From the NCBI GenBank assembly GCA_013151315.1, contig JAADIN010000265.1, positions 1-60,359 on the forward strand: a stretch of 60,359 nt of DNA, written 5' to 3'. The notes under the pieces were generated by a model. The model worked only from the letters and a program-made list of their open reading frames with translations, was not told the origin of the DNA and searched no databases. Below, one piece after another: positions 47,654-57,100 of this stretch. Source of the DNA: Planctomycetota bacterium. GTDB lineage: Bacteria; Planctomycetota; Planctomycetia; Pirellulales; Lacipirellulaceae. The position numbers were made by a program, and so were the translations under genes. The first letter of the stretch is position 1. Every line of letters starts with the position of its first letter.

Positions 47654-50374
47654 TCAATCCGCGAGCCCGAAGCTGCCATGGCATAGCTCATGAGCTGGCG
47701 ATTTTTTTCGATGGCTTTTCGCGCGCGAAGCCTTGAATTTCAGGTTGGCAACGTAACAGTCGTTGCCATTCGCGTTTTGTGTTTTGTGGCTGTGGGGGAG
47801 GTCTTTGCTTACTTTTATTTTGCTCCAATTCTTTTTCTCGTCCTTGGGCAACCAACTCTGGAATTTTTCAAAAAATCGGGAAAAACGAACACGCTCCCCC
47901 TCCCCGTATTTACATTTCTCCGCCAGGAATTCCTCCAAAGCCGTGCGATTCGTTTCTTCAATTCTCTCTTTACTCGCATTGCGAACCACGGGCACTCGCA
48001 TTCGCCCCGTCAGCTCGGGTAACTCCATGTCCATCAGGGTTCGCATAAAATGTGGGGCCTCGTCCCGCAAAAATCGCTCCAGATAGAGCTTGGGAATTTC
48101 CTCAACGGGTAAAGGGACATGGGAGACCGTGATACGGGTATCGCCGGGGAACACGGGGCAAAAGCTCTGGTCGTTCGCACAATGCACCCACTTGGTGACA
48201 TTCGGGATCGCAAAAGTATCGGTGCGCATCTTGCGAATCGATAGATTCTTACACGTGACCCATTCCTTGAGGTTGCGAGCAGGACCCTTGGTCGAGAGGT
48301 TCATTTCGTCGACATAGCAGAGCACTGCGCCGAGTAGCTCACCGTTGTAGCCGGTACTGTTGGTCAACGTATTTTTCGCATCGACGACTCCTTTGGTCAT
48401 CAGCCAACCGATCGACTCAAAGAAAATCGATTTGCCCGAATTCTCAGGTCCATAGAAAAACAGGTAGGGCAAGCTCTGGAATGGCTCGCGGAACATGGCC
48501 GCCACCCAAGCTTTGAGATAATCCCCTCCAGTGAGAATCCCCGCAGCTTTGGCCCAAGGTTGTTTTTGGATTTCGGTGGTAAGGTCTCCACCCACGTGCT
48601 CCATGATGAGATCCCAATGGGGGTGGTGCGGGCGATCGTCCGGGGCAAGTGACGCGGGCTCATATGCTAATTGTGCTGCTCCAAGGTTCCACTGCCGTCC
48701 ACCTGGGTACTCTGGCTGGAAGGGCAGACTCACTTGTCGCCAAGGAAGGGACAACCCTTGCCCAAGAATATGCTTCACTTGAGCGCCGTTATTCCCATGT
48801 ATGTGCAATAGGTCCTTGAGATCGTCTTTTGGCGAATCGATCCATTGACCGTCGCTAGTCATGTACCGCCACCCGATGTCGGATCCCTCGGGAGACACGA
48901 CCTTTCGAGCCAAGTAATCGTAGTCATCTAGTGCCAAACTGGTGCTGACTTTGTCTAACTCGATTTGGCTGGCGAGCACCCAATTTTTCTTCCGTTTGTC
49001 GAGTAGCCAACCCTCGGGATCTTGATCGTGCTCGTATCGCTCGATGCGCACCACCAGCCGAGCTAACTTGTCCTTCGAGAACCGAACCAGTCGACCGCGT
49101 AGTTGCTCAGGGATCGACAGGGCCTCACCCACACTCAGCGCTGCCTTCACTGCTGCTTCCTGCTCTTTGAAGACGTATTCGCCCGAATCCGGGTCTTCCA
49201 AAGCACCATTGGCGAGGCAGGCACTCGCAAACGTGGGAATGCAATTGATGAGGCAACTGGTCCATTTTCCTGCCCCTTGGTCCCATGTTTTTGCCTCAGA
49301 GGTGCCCAGCGAAAATCGATAAACCTGGAAGACTCCATCTTCTTTGGGGCGTAAAAAGCAGTTTGGCTCACCGGGGTCAGACCCCTCAGACGTTGTCTGA
49401 AAGACCCCTTTCAGTTTTAGCTTGGCAGATACATCCATATCGTCGAACAGCTTTTGGATGCCAGCCGTGTGGGTCTGCAACAAGTGATGATCTTGCACCC
49501 AGACACACGAAAATCCGGTCTCCGTCAGCGCCTTGATAATCGCTCTATGGGACTCATCAAGCGCCACGACCTTGCGACCCGAGGTCAGTTTTTCAAACGG
49601 AGTGAGAGTCTCATCATCGAGACCTTGCAGCCGAACCTTTGATTGACGTCGCGTGACGACTTCGATGTGATCTCGCCAATTCGAGGGCAGGTCACCCAGC
49701 TCCAACACTTGCTCGGTAGGCTTGATGAGCTTGAGACCTTCATTCTCGGGCGTGATCTTGCGATGCCAGATCCACATATTTCCGCCGCAGCAATCAATGT
49801 GCTGAGAAAAATCAAAACCTGTGTCGGTGCTCATCATGCTCAGCACACATCGAGCTAAGGCTGCATGTTCGGTGTGATTATCTGTGGGGATACCATCTTG
49901 GCCGAACAGAACATAGAGATGGAGACCTTTTCCGCCAGTGCTCTTTCGCACCTCGACGTAGGGCAATGAGGCAGCTTTTTGACGGACCTCTTCTAACCCT
50001 GCATCGTCGATCCCGACTCCACGGGCATGACCTGATATGGAATCGAAATCAAATCCGACCCAACGACTGCAGCGATCCACCCAGTCCCAACCTGTGCTGC
50101 CAATGCCCTCGGCATGACGGTCGAGAGGCCAATTGAGGTTGTAATCGTGAAATTCTGGTTCGGAATTCGCCTTCTTTGGGACGCGAATGTTCCACCACTG
50201 GTTAATTCCATCGGTGTAGGTGCTGGGCTTGCCCTCAACCCGCTCCCCGTCGCCTGCAGAGACATTGATTTGGGTTTCCATGTTGCGAGTCCAGCGAGAC
50301 AAGAGGTCGCCAGCGTGGCCGTGCGTGGCGAAATGGCCCAGGTAGTTGTCGAGAGATGACAGGACGGTTTCCAT
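47654..50374 (-). CDS. Primase-helicase fusion: N-terminal AEP/Prim-Pol-like domain plus C-terminal SF3 (D5/DUF5906-like) helicase
   Basis: AEP-like motifs GFDFD, STGGKGLHLY, HID; Walker A GPENSGKS, Walker B YVDE, motif C CAND, DTRIT; RBS AAGGAAG. Confidence 0.82.
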   Translation of the reverse strand: METVLSSLDNYLGHFATHGHAGDLLSRWTRNMETQINVSAGDGERVEGKPSTYTDGINQWWNIRVPKKANSEPEFHDYNLNWPLDRHAEGIGSTGWDWVDRCSRWVGFDFDSISGHARGVGIDDAGLEEVRQKAASLPYVEVRKSTGGKGLHLYVLFGQDGIPTDNHTEHAALARCVLSMMSTDTGFDFSQHIDCCGGNMWIWHRKITPENEGLKLIKPTEQVLELGDLPSNWRDHIEVVTRRQSKVRLQGLDDETLTPFEKLTSGRKVVALDESHRAIIKALTETGFSCVWVQDHHLLQTHTAGIQKLFDDMDVSAKLKLKGVFQTTSEGSDPGEPNCFLRPKEDGVFQVYRFSLGTSEAKTWDQGAGKWTSCLINCIPTFASACLANGALEDPDSGEYVFKEQEAAVKAALSVGEALSIPEQLRGRLVRFSKDKLARLVVRIERYEHDQDPEGWLLDKRKKNWVLASQIELDKVSTSLALDDYDYLARKVVSPEGSDIGWRYMTSDGQWIDSPKDDLKDLLHIHGNNGAQVKHILGQGLSLPWRQVSLPFQPEYPGGRQWNLGAAQLAYEPASLAPDDRPHHPHWDLIMEHVGGDLTTEIQKQPWAKAAGILTGGDYLKAWVAAMFREPFQSLPYLFFYGPENSGKSIFFESIGWLMTKGVVDAKNTLTNSTGYNGELLGAVLCYVDEMNLSTKGPARNLKEWVTCKNLSIRKMRTDTFAIPNVTKWVHCANDQSFCPVFPGDTRITVSHVPLPVEEIPKLYLERFLRDEAPHFMRTLMDMELPELTGRMRVPVVRNASKERIEETNRTALEEFLAEKCKYGEGERVRFSRFFEKFQSWLPKDEKKNWSKIKVSKDLPHSHKTQNANGNDCYVANLKFKASRAKSHRKKSPAHELCHGSFGLAD

Positions 50375-50423
50375 ATTCTTCCTTAGTGTTTTGGTGGGGT
50401 GTATTAGCTGCTGGTGTTTTTCT

Positions 50424-50546
50424 CCCTCTGATTACTTACACACTTTTTTTTCGAGCAATCTTCAAAAAATCCTTAGAAAATAACATCCCCTTAATTTCCC
50501 ACTTTGATGCACATTTACTCAAAAAAGTGTGTAAGTAGTCAGAGGG
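50424..50546. repeat. 26-bp inverted repeat (1 mismatch) with a 71-nt loop upstream of the primase
   Basis: CCCTCTGATTACTTACACACTTTTTT (50424-50449) versus AAAAAAGTGTGTAAGTAGTCAGAGGG (50521-50546). Confidence 0.88.
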
Positions 50547-50569
50547 GCGTCTCCTGATATCGCCACGGT

Positions 50570-50911
50570 CGGTCTCTATAACTACGTCCGTCGAAATCAC
50601 AAAAAATGCCCTTAAACTTTGGCCAATCCCCAAAGTTTAAGGGCTAGGAATCCTCACAATCGGGATATCAGTTACCAGTCGAACCAAAACCTCCGGTTCC
50701 TCGCGTTCTCCTGAACCCATCGGGAGTGTGACTTCGTACTCGTGATACATCATGGGTAGCTCTCGATGGTGTATGATGGGAAAACGTGCGGTCTCTATAA
50801 CTAAGTGCAATGAAATCACGAAAAATGCCCTTAAACTTTGGGGATTGGCCAAAGTTTAAGGGCTAGGAATCGTTACAATCCGCGTATTAGTTACCAGTCG
50901 AACCAAAACCT
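50570..50911. repeat. Two 123-bp direct repeats (period 219), each containing a 15-7-15 palindrome with mutually inverted cores
   Basis: Copies at 50570-50692 and 50789-50911. GCCCTTAAACTTTGG-CCAATCC-CCAAAGTTTAAGGGC (50608-50644) and GCCCTTAAACTTTGG-GGATTGG-CCAAAGTTTAAGGGC (50827-50863). Confidence 0.92.
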
Positions 50912-51177
50912 TCTGAAGGCAAGGAAGAAAGTCGCTAAATCGCCCGAGCATCGGAAAATCGATTAGCTTGAAGCCAGACTGGTTACCAGACGGTGCAGAA
51001 TGAGGGTATGTCCTATCTTTCACGTTGAAAAGCTAGACAAGACTAGATTAGTCCTTGCTAGAAACGTAGAGTCAAAACGCCGATTTTAGCTGATGAGTTA
51101 CCCATTTGAGCAGGCATCTTTCCGCCATGTTCCTACATACCAGTGTCTCTGGTGTTATTACCCCCACATTGTCTGTC

Positions 51178-51233
51178 TTTTCTTTTTTACGTATAGAACT
51201 AAAAATTAAAAATTAAAAATATATCTATATATA
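51178..51233. other. Very AT-rich tract; candidate DNA-unwinding element of the element origin
   Basis: TTTTCTTTTTTACGTATAGAACTAAAAATTAAAAATTAAAAATATATCTATATATA within the long non-coding region. Confidence 0.5.
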
Positions 51234-51853
51234 GGGAGAGTGCCCTATTGGGATTGTCGGCGAAAAAGACTGCAAAACAAGTGTATTGGTGATTTCAATG
51301 CCTAACAAAGAGCGAGAACTGTCGTTTTTCGACGTGTTTCCCCTTTGTTTTTGATTTGCTCATTTCCAAAAGGATAACATCGACTGACTGATAGTGTGAT
51401 ATGCCCAGCCTAGCAGGTCTCTCCACTGCGAACGCAAGCCCTTCAGTGTCGAAGTGGCCTCGTTTCACAACCAACCCTGGAGGCTATTCAGGGCCGCCCT
51501 GTGGCGTTTCATGGCCCGCCCTGGACCTGCGCGAGACATTTGCGTTTTTCCAATCTCTGATTCCTCATCAGACAATCTCCCAAGGCAATGTAGACGTCGC
51601 TTTCTGACCCACCCCTACTCAAATAGGGGAAAAAACCTACACGCTGGGGGCTCCGGTCTTCAGAAAGCGAGGCATCAGAACATACCCCCCCCCTGGGTCC
51701 TCAGCGTGACCGTGCGCGCAGTAACCTCAAGTGCAAACCATGTATTACGCACATCCTGCAAGACTGCCAGAACTTTAGAACAGACTGTGAGCTCTGTTGC
51801 ATTATCTCTTCTAGTTCTCCCTTGTCATTTTCACATTTCCCTTATTGGTCCTG

Positions 51854-51883
51854 TTGACATACACCGCTAATCAGGTGTAGCGT
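51854..51883 (+). promoter_or_regulatory. Putative promoter of the DUF932 gene with an internal operator
   Basis: TTGACA-18 bp-TAGCGT; palindrome TACACC-N8-GGTGTA (51860-51879); RBS AAAGGAAG downstream. Confidence 0.55.
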
Positions 51884-51928
51884 GTACGCACACACGTCAA
51901 CAATCACTCACCTAAAGGAAGCAAAGCA

Positions 51929-52828
51929 ATGACTACAGCAACAAACGCACAAGACACGATCCGCACCACACTAGCAGAGGCTTTCCCTTTCTCTGTGGAT
52001 AAATTTCCACTGTCAGGGCCAGATAATATCCGCACTCCCCACTATGGATTGTTTCGCTCAGATACTGCCGAAAGCATTGGCAACGCCGTGAAGAAAGGCT
52101 ACCAGCCGCATACGCTAGATGATGTTGCCATACTCGCTGAGGCAGCCCTGTCAGGATTTGATAGAACTACTGACGAACCAGTGATGCTTTGCCATTGGCA
52201 AGCCGGTCACAATGTCACCATCGCCCCTAGCGATAATCACCGGCAAGCAATCTACGGAAGCAAAGACAACATCTTTCCCCGGTTCATTGTGCGAGCAGGT
52301 TATGGCGGCACATGCTTCAGCGCTTCCCTTGGCCTCTACCGCGATTGTTGTCGCAATCTCGCCATGCTGGAGACGGCAGGGGAAAGCGTATCCGTCAAAA
52401 TTCGCCACACGCATAGCCTAAGGCCTAGACTATCTGAATTGGTTTGTGCTTTCCAACGGCTAGCATCTAAGTGGCAGGGAGTAGTTGACACAGCCCGCAG
52501 GTTAGAAGCGACAGAAATCGATCTGAAAGAATTCTTGCAAACCGTCTATCCGCAGGTAGAGAATGCTAGCAGGCGTTCGCAGACGATTGCTTACAACAGA
52601 GGCAACGCCATTGCCCGCAGAATCCATCGGGAACGACTGAGCACCGGTCGACCCCATGGGACTATCTCAACCGTGACTGCATGGGAAGCATTCAATGGGA
52701 TTCAAGGCTACGTCCAGCATGATGCAACCCGCAAGGGTAGACCATCGGCGATCTCTCGCGCAATGACTGCCATGGCCGACCCGGCGGTATCAAGAGCCAT
52801 GCACCACGCGCTAGCACTCGCCAGCTAG
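51929..52828 (+). CDS. DUF932 (LGT_TIGR03299-like) phage/plasmid protein
   Basis: GLFRSDT...IGNAV..GYQP, RDCCRN, IRHTHS, TAWEAFNGIQGYVQH pattern recognised by eye. Confidence 0.72.
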   Translation: MTTATNAQDTIRTTLAEAFPFSVDKFPLSGPDNIRTPHYGLFRSDTAESIGNAVKKGYQPHTLDDVAILAEAALSGFDRTTDEPVMLCHWQAGHNVTIAPSDNHRQAIYGSKDNIFPRFIVRAGYGGTCFSASLGLYRDCCRNLAMLETAGESVSVKIRHTHSLRPRLSELVCAFQRLASKWQGVVDTARRLEATEIDLKEFLQTVYPQVENASRRSQTIAYNRGNAIARRIHRERLSTGRPHGTISTVTAWEAFNGIQGYVQHDATRKGRPSAISRAMTAMADPAVSRAMHHALALAS

Positions 52829-52871
52829 CTGCTAAGATTTTCTTTCTGCACTCGATGCAAACGATTAGACC

Positions 52872-52916
52872 AAGCTTGGCCTAAACCGCTCCAGCGGAAT
52901 TAGGCCAAGCTTTCTT
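52872..52916 (+). terminator. Hairpin after the DUF932 gene, likely terminator
   Basis: AAGCTTGGCCTAA-aCCGCTccAGCGGaa-TTAGGCCAAGCTT followed by TCTT. Confidence 0.7.
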
Positions 52917-53398
52917 CGTATTGGTAACAACCATCAGCATGGCCGTTCGATGGCCAAGTTTCTTACCAGGACGCCTCGAATTTCTTTCTGAGCTTGCGTG
53001 CTCTCCTTTCGAGTTGCGCAACCCGTCCAGAGACTTCAGGCTATGCGTTAGGCTAAAGGCCCATTAGACTACCTGGACTTGTTAAACGCCTTACGGAAGA
53101 GTGAATACATGAATTAACCCGAATCCGCAGAGGAGACGAATGGTTTATTCCAAACGCTCGGGGATCAAAATCAAATCGCCTGCTTTGTATCTCACAGGCC
53201 ATCGCCATAGATTCCCGATAGCTTTTGCCGTCCCAATTAGATTACCTGCTTAGAGCAAGCAGCGAACAGCGAACAGCGAAAGAATTAGACGATTTGCGCA
53301 AGAGGATCACAACCTTCCCACGACTTCGGTCGAAAGAATTAGACTAGCGCCCCCACAGACCGTTGCGAGTCGTGCGTGGGCTATCTAAACTACAAACC

Positions 53399-53626
53399 AT
53401 GCCCCCAGCACGAAAATTGAAACTAGCGCCACGAGGAACCCTGCGTGGTGTCATTCAGCGAGAAATGAATCGCCGAAAGCTTACCGGCTATGCGCTCGCC
53501 AAAATTCTCGACAATACTTCAGAGTCTCACTTGAACGACTGGCTCAATGGCGACAAAAGCCTCAGTGACGGCAAACTGGATGAGATTCTGAAGGTCCTGG
53601 AGATACGGCTGACGCCCGAGGATTGA
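53399..53626 (+). CDS. Small XRE/Cro-like HTH regulator
   Basis: LTGYALAKIL..TSESHLNDWLNGDKSLSDGKLDEILKVL. Confidence 0.78.
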   Translation: MPPARKLKLAPRGTLRGVIQREMNRRKLTGYALAKILDNTSESHLNDWLNGDKSLSDGKLDEILKVLEIRLTPED

Positions 53627-54050
53627 AGTCGGCGTCAAGAGACCGCATGGACGCCTGCCCGTTCGCCACACGACATCGCTGTTTCTTTCGGCGGGGAGAT
53701 TTTGCACCCAGAATCGAGTGCGTCCTATCGGCCTCCGAGAGGCTCAGGGATCAGTGCTGAGACGCCGAAAAGTCAGCCGATCAGGCCGCAGATGGGCCTA
53801 ACGGCCCATCTGCTCAAATTCAGAGAACTGAAAATCTGTGCGCTGCACTTTTCAATGGCCATTCCTACCCGCCAGGCGCTTCAGTTTTCGACTGCGATTT
53901 ACACACGTGATGGACGGATTTATTCCGTGCCACTGAGCGCCCCAAAACCAGCCACCGAAAGGCGATTGTCACCAGCACGGGTGACAAAGTGCAAGGTCAG
54001 CATGTTGTGCAGATATTGCTACGTCCAGGCAAATGCATCACTCCGCAAGT

Positions 54051-54085
54051 GGAATGGAAGGTGATGAACTCACCTTCCACATTCC
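54051..54085. terminator. Stem-loop just downstream of the helicase gene
   Basis: GGAATGGAAGGTGA-tgaac-TCACCTTCCACATTCC; no clear U-tract. Confidence 0.4.
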
Positions 54086-54121
54086 GTGACCTAGTCGCCA
54101 TGAGTGTCGGCGTCAATTTTG

Positions 54122-57100
54122 TTATAGACCAGCAAGTTCTCTGTTGATCGCACTATGTAGGCGTTCTTCCTCAGCTGCTTGATTCATGAACCAATCTGTG
54201 GACCAGATGCGATGTAGTTTCCACCCGCGTGCCGTGATCACTTCTTCTCGCAGACGGTCACGATCTCGGGCAGATTTTGATGAGTGGTATGTTGCACCGT
54301 CACACTCAATACCCATTAGAAACTCTCCATTTGAATCGGGCTTGAGAATACCGAGGTCAATGAAATAGCCTGCGACGCCTACTTGCGGTACTACTTTCAC
54401 TCCCATTCTCTCAATAACCCTTGCCACCGAAATCTCGAAAGGAGAATCAGGATCCCTGCCTGAGAAAGACCCGCGATCGACGAGTTCACCTGTCATGGCA
54501 TATTGGAGGTAATCTTTCATCGCGTTGACGCCGCGACTGCGATCTGGGCCGCCTTTAATATCAGAGGGTTTCATTGAAGAGAATACTTCAATCCGGCGTT
54601 TCGCACGAGTGATCAGCACGTTGAGTCTCCTCCAGCCATGCTCTCCAGTCATTGGTCCGAACCGGTTCATTACCACTTTGGTTGCTGAATCCGGGCCATA
54701 CGTGTAAGAGATAAAGATCACGTCACGCTCATCACCTTGTACATTTTCGAGGTTCTTCACGAATAACCTGTCTGTGTGATCGTGAAATTGCTCTATCGCT
54801 AGTCTCGCTTCACTGCAGCTGGAAGTCAATTCGTCAAGTCGATCCCGTATTGCTTGGGCTTGTTTGGCATTAAACGTGGCGACGCCCAAAGTTTCGTCTG
54901 GTCGCTCAATTGCGTGACGCACAATAGCTTCGGCTACAACATTTGCCTCTACAGGGTTACAGCCACCGGTGAACGAAGCTTCTTCTACTTGATGCCAGCG
55001 CAAGCCGAGGCGACCTGCCGCAGATGTGGGTGATGGAAATACCACCAAATCTCCATCATAAAACTTTTCGTTTGAGAAGGCGATAAGGCTCTCATGTTGA
55101 CTACGGTAGTGCCAACGCAAACGACGCCGGTGCGGAAATGCTTTGAGGGCCACTTCCAAAATTGATTCGGTATCATCAAGAAACGTTGCTTCTTCATCGT
55201 CGTCACTTTCACTCATGCGGTCAAAAAAAGAAGTCGGCGGCAACTGCTTAGGATCTCCAACAACGACCAATTGCTTTGCTCGAATCAACGTTCCAAGTGA
55301 GTCTTCCGGCTTGATCTGTGATGCTTCGTCCATAATGACCAAGTCAAAATCAAGGGAACCGGCTGGCAAGTACTGCGCAATAGAAAGCGGGCTCATCATA
55401 AAGCAGGGTTTCAAACCTAGCACGGCGCGACCTGCTCTGAGAATCAGATCCCTGATGCGGCAATGCCGGCGTTGTTTTCCTGTCTCATGTCGAATAAGCC
55501 CTAACTCGGTCAAATCCCCTACCCGACCAGTTGAAACGCCTGTCGGTACTTGACGTTTTGATGCGTGGTATGCTATGGCCGCCTGATTGGCTTCAATCAA
55601 CTGATGGTCGAGTTTCTGGAACTCGGATCGCGCGCGATCCACTCCATGTCGCGAGAATGAACGCAACGGTTCACTGGCATCGAGGATTGAAGCAGCAAGT
55701 TGTTCGTGAAGCGTTAAGTCGTAGCAGTTTGCAGATTCTTTTGCAGATAACCGCCCCTTATAGATTGCCTTTGAAAAACCGCCTAGGCCGGCTGATTCGC
55801 AACGGTCGAGCGATCGACAGAAGCTGGACCATGGCGACAGGTGTGCGGTATCTTTCTGCAGCGTTTGGAGAAAACTTGTGAGACAATGGTCGTTATCTGG
55901 TCCTGGCAGAGCAAGCCACCCTGAATCCAATACTCCAAATTGCTTGAGTAAGGTCCGTTGCTGATTCCAATCGTCTAGGAGACCTCTGAGGTGGAGTAGT
56001 GATTTAACAAGGACACGTGATTCTTCACCGGTGTGGTCATTAGCGACATGGCTAATGGCAGCCGATGGAATACGAATTGCAACCATCGAACCAACCCATT
56101 CGGAAGTTGCCGATAGCGTTTCTATATTCGTGTCCATGCCGATAAAATGTTCTGGGAATACCTCAGAAAAATCTAGGTGGCTGCTGAATGCGTCGATACG
56201 GTCAAGTGTCCTTGCCACGGTTGCAGCATCCTCGAAGAGTTGTGTTAGAGGAGCTTGTTCCTTCGCCGTGAACGTTTTCTGAGCGGTGGCTGTTGACTCA
56301 AGGAGCTGGGATAGCTGGCCTAGATAGGCGCGTGCTTTGTCTAACGGAACAACATCAATAGTGTCGGCCTCTATCCCAAGCACCAAACAGATTCGCTTTT
56401 GCTGAATTTCTTTGCGTAACAGTTTTCCAGTTGCAAAAACTGTTGCGGGCAGTGGCGTATTACTCTTGCTCCATCGATTTGCAATGAGCTTCGTCGCTTG
56501 CTGATGTCCAAGACCTGCTTTCTTGGCAGTAACGACCCAGCTCAGTAAGACCTCAAGTGCTTCCCAATCGGTATCGAAACCTATAAATTTCTCTCCGAAA
56601 ATACGTTTTAGTTCGGAGTCTTCTTCATGCTGGCGGCTTTCGGATCGATAGCCTCCAACTTGTTTGAGTAGCTCTATCCATTTTTGGTTGCCGATTTTTC
56701 CGCCAGACGCTCTTTTGAACTTTTTGATCATCTTACGGCACTGTCTATAGCTTGATCGAAAAATTCTTGTCCATGAATCGCCGAATGCACTGAGGGTATC
56801 GATCAATTCTTCGATTGAGTCGTCATCCGGCATTTTGGCGATGTAGACATGTTGATCGAGCCTTTTCTTTGTTGCCAACAATTTCTCGCATGCCTTGCGG
56901 CCCCGATAAAACGCAGGCGGTGCGTCAGAAAAAAAGATCGCCTCATTGAGAGTTTGAGGTGGTGTGACCGCCTCATGCGATACAAGTCGGTACTTGTAAC
57001 ACGCCAAATCAAAATCTCGTAGCGTGTTGCTCTCACCGAATTTGAGGAGATGTAATTGGTCGGAAAATTTAGTAAAATCGTCCAATACCTGTCGAGTAGT

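Noticed and set aside
50424-50546. Retron a1/a2 inverted repeats
   Set aside because: The adjacent gene is a primase-helicase; no reverse transcriptase (YADD-type) motif is seen in the window.
50570-50911. CRISPR array interpretation of the palindromic repeats
   Set aside because: Only two units, 123 bp long with a 219-bp period, and no cas genes in the window.
51645-51700. G5...C9 tract as a cos/pac site
   Set aside because: No terminase or HNH gene is visible and there is no recognisable consensus; unsupported.
53702-54064. 120-aa ORF in the island
   Set aside because: TTG start without a clear RBS, no motifs, and it overlaps hairpins. The ORFs at 51401-51870 are rejected for similar reasons.
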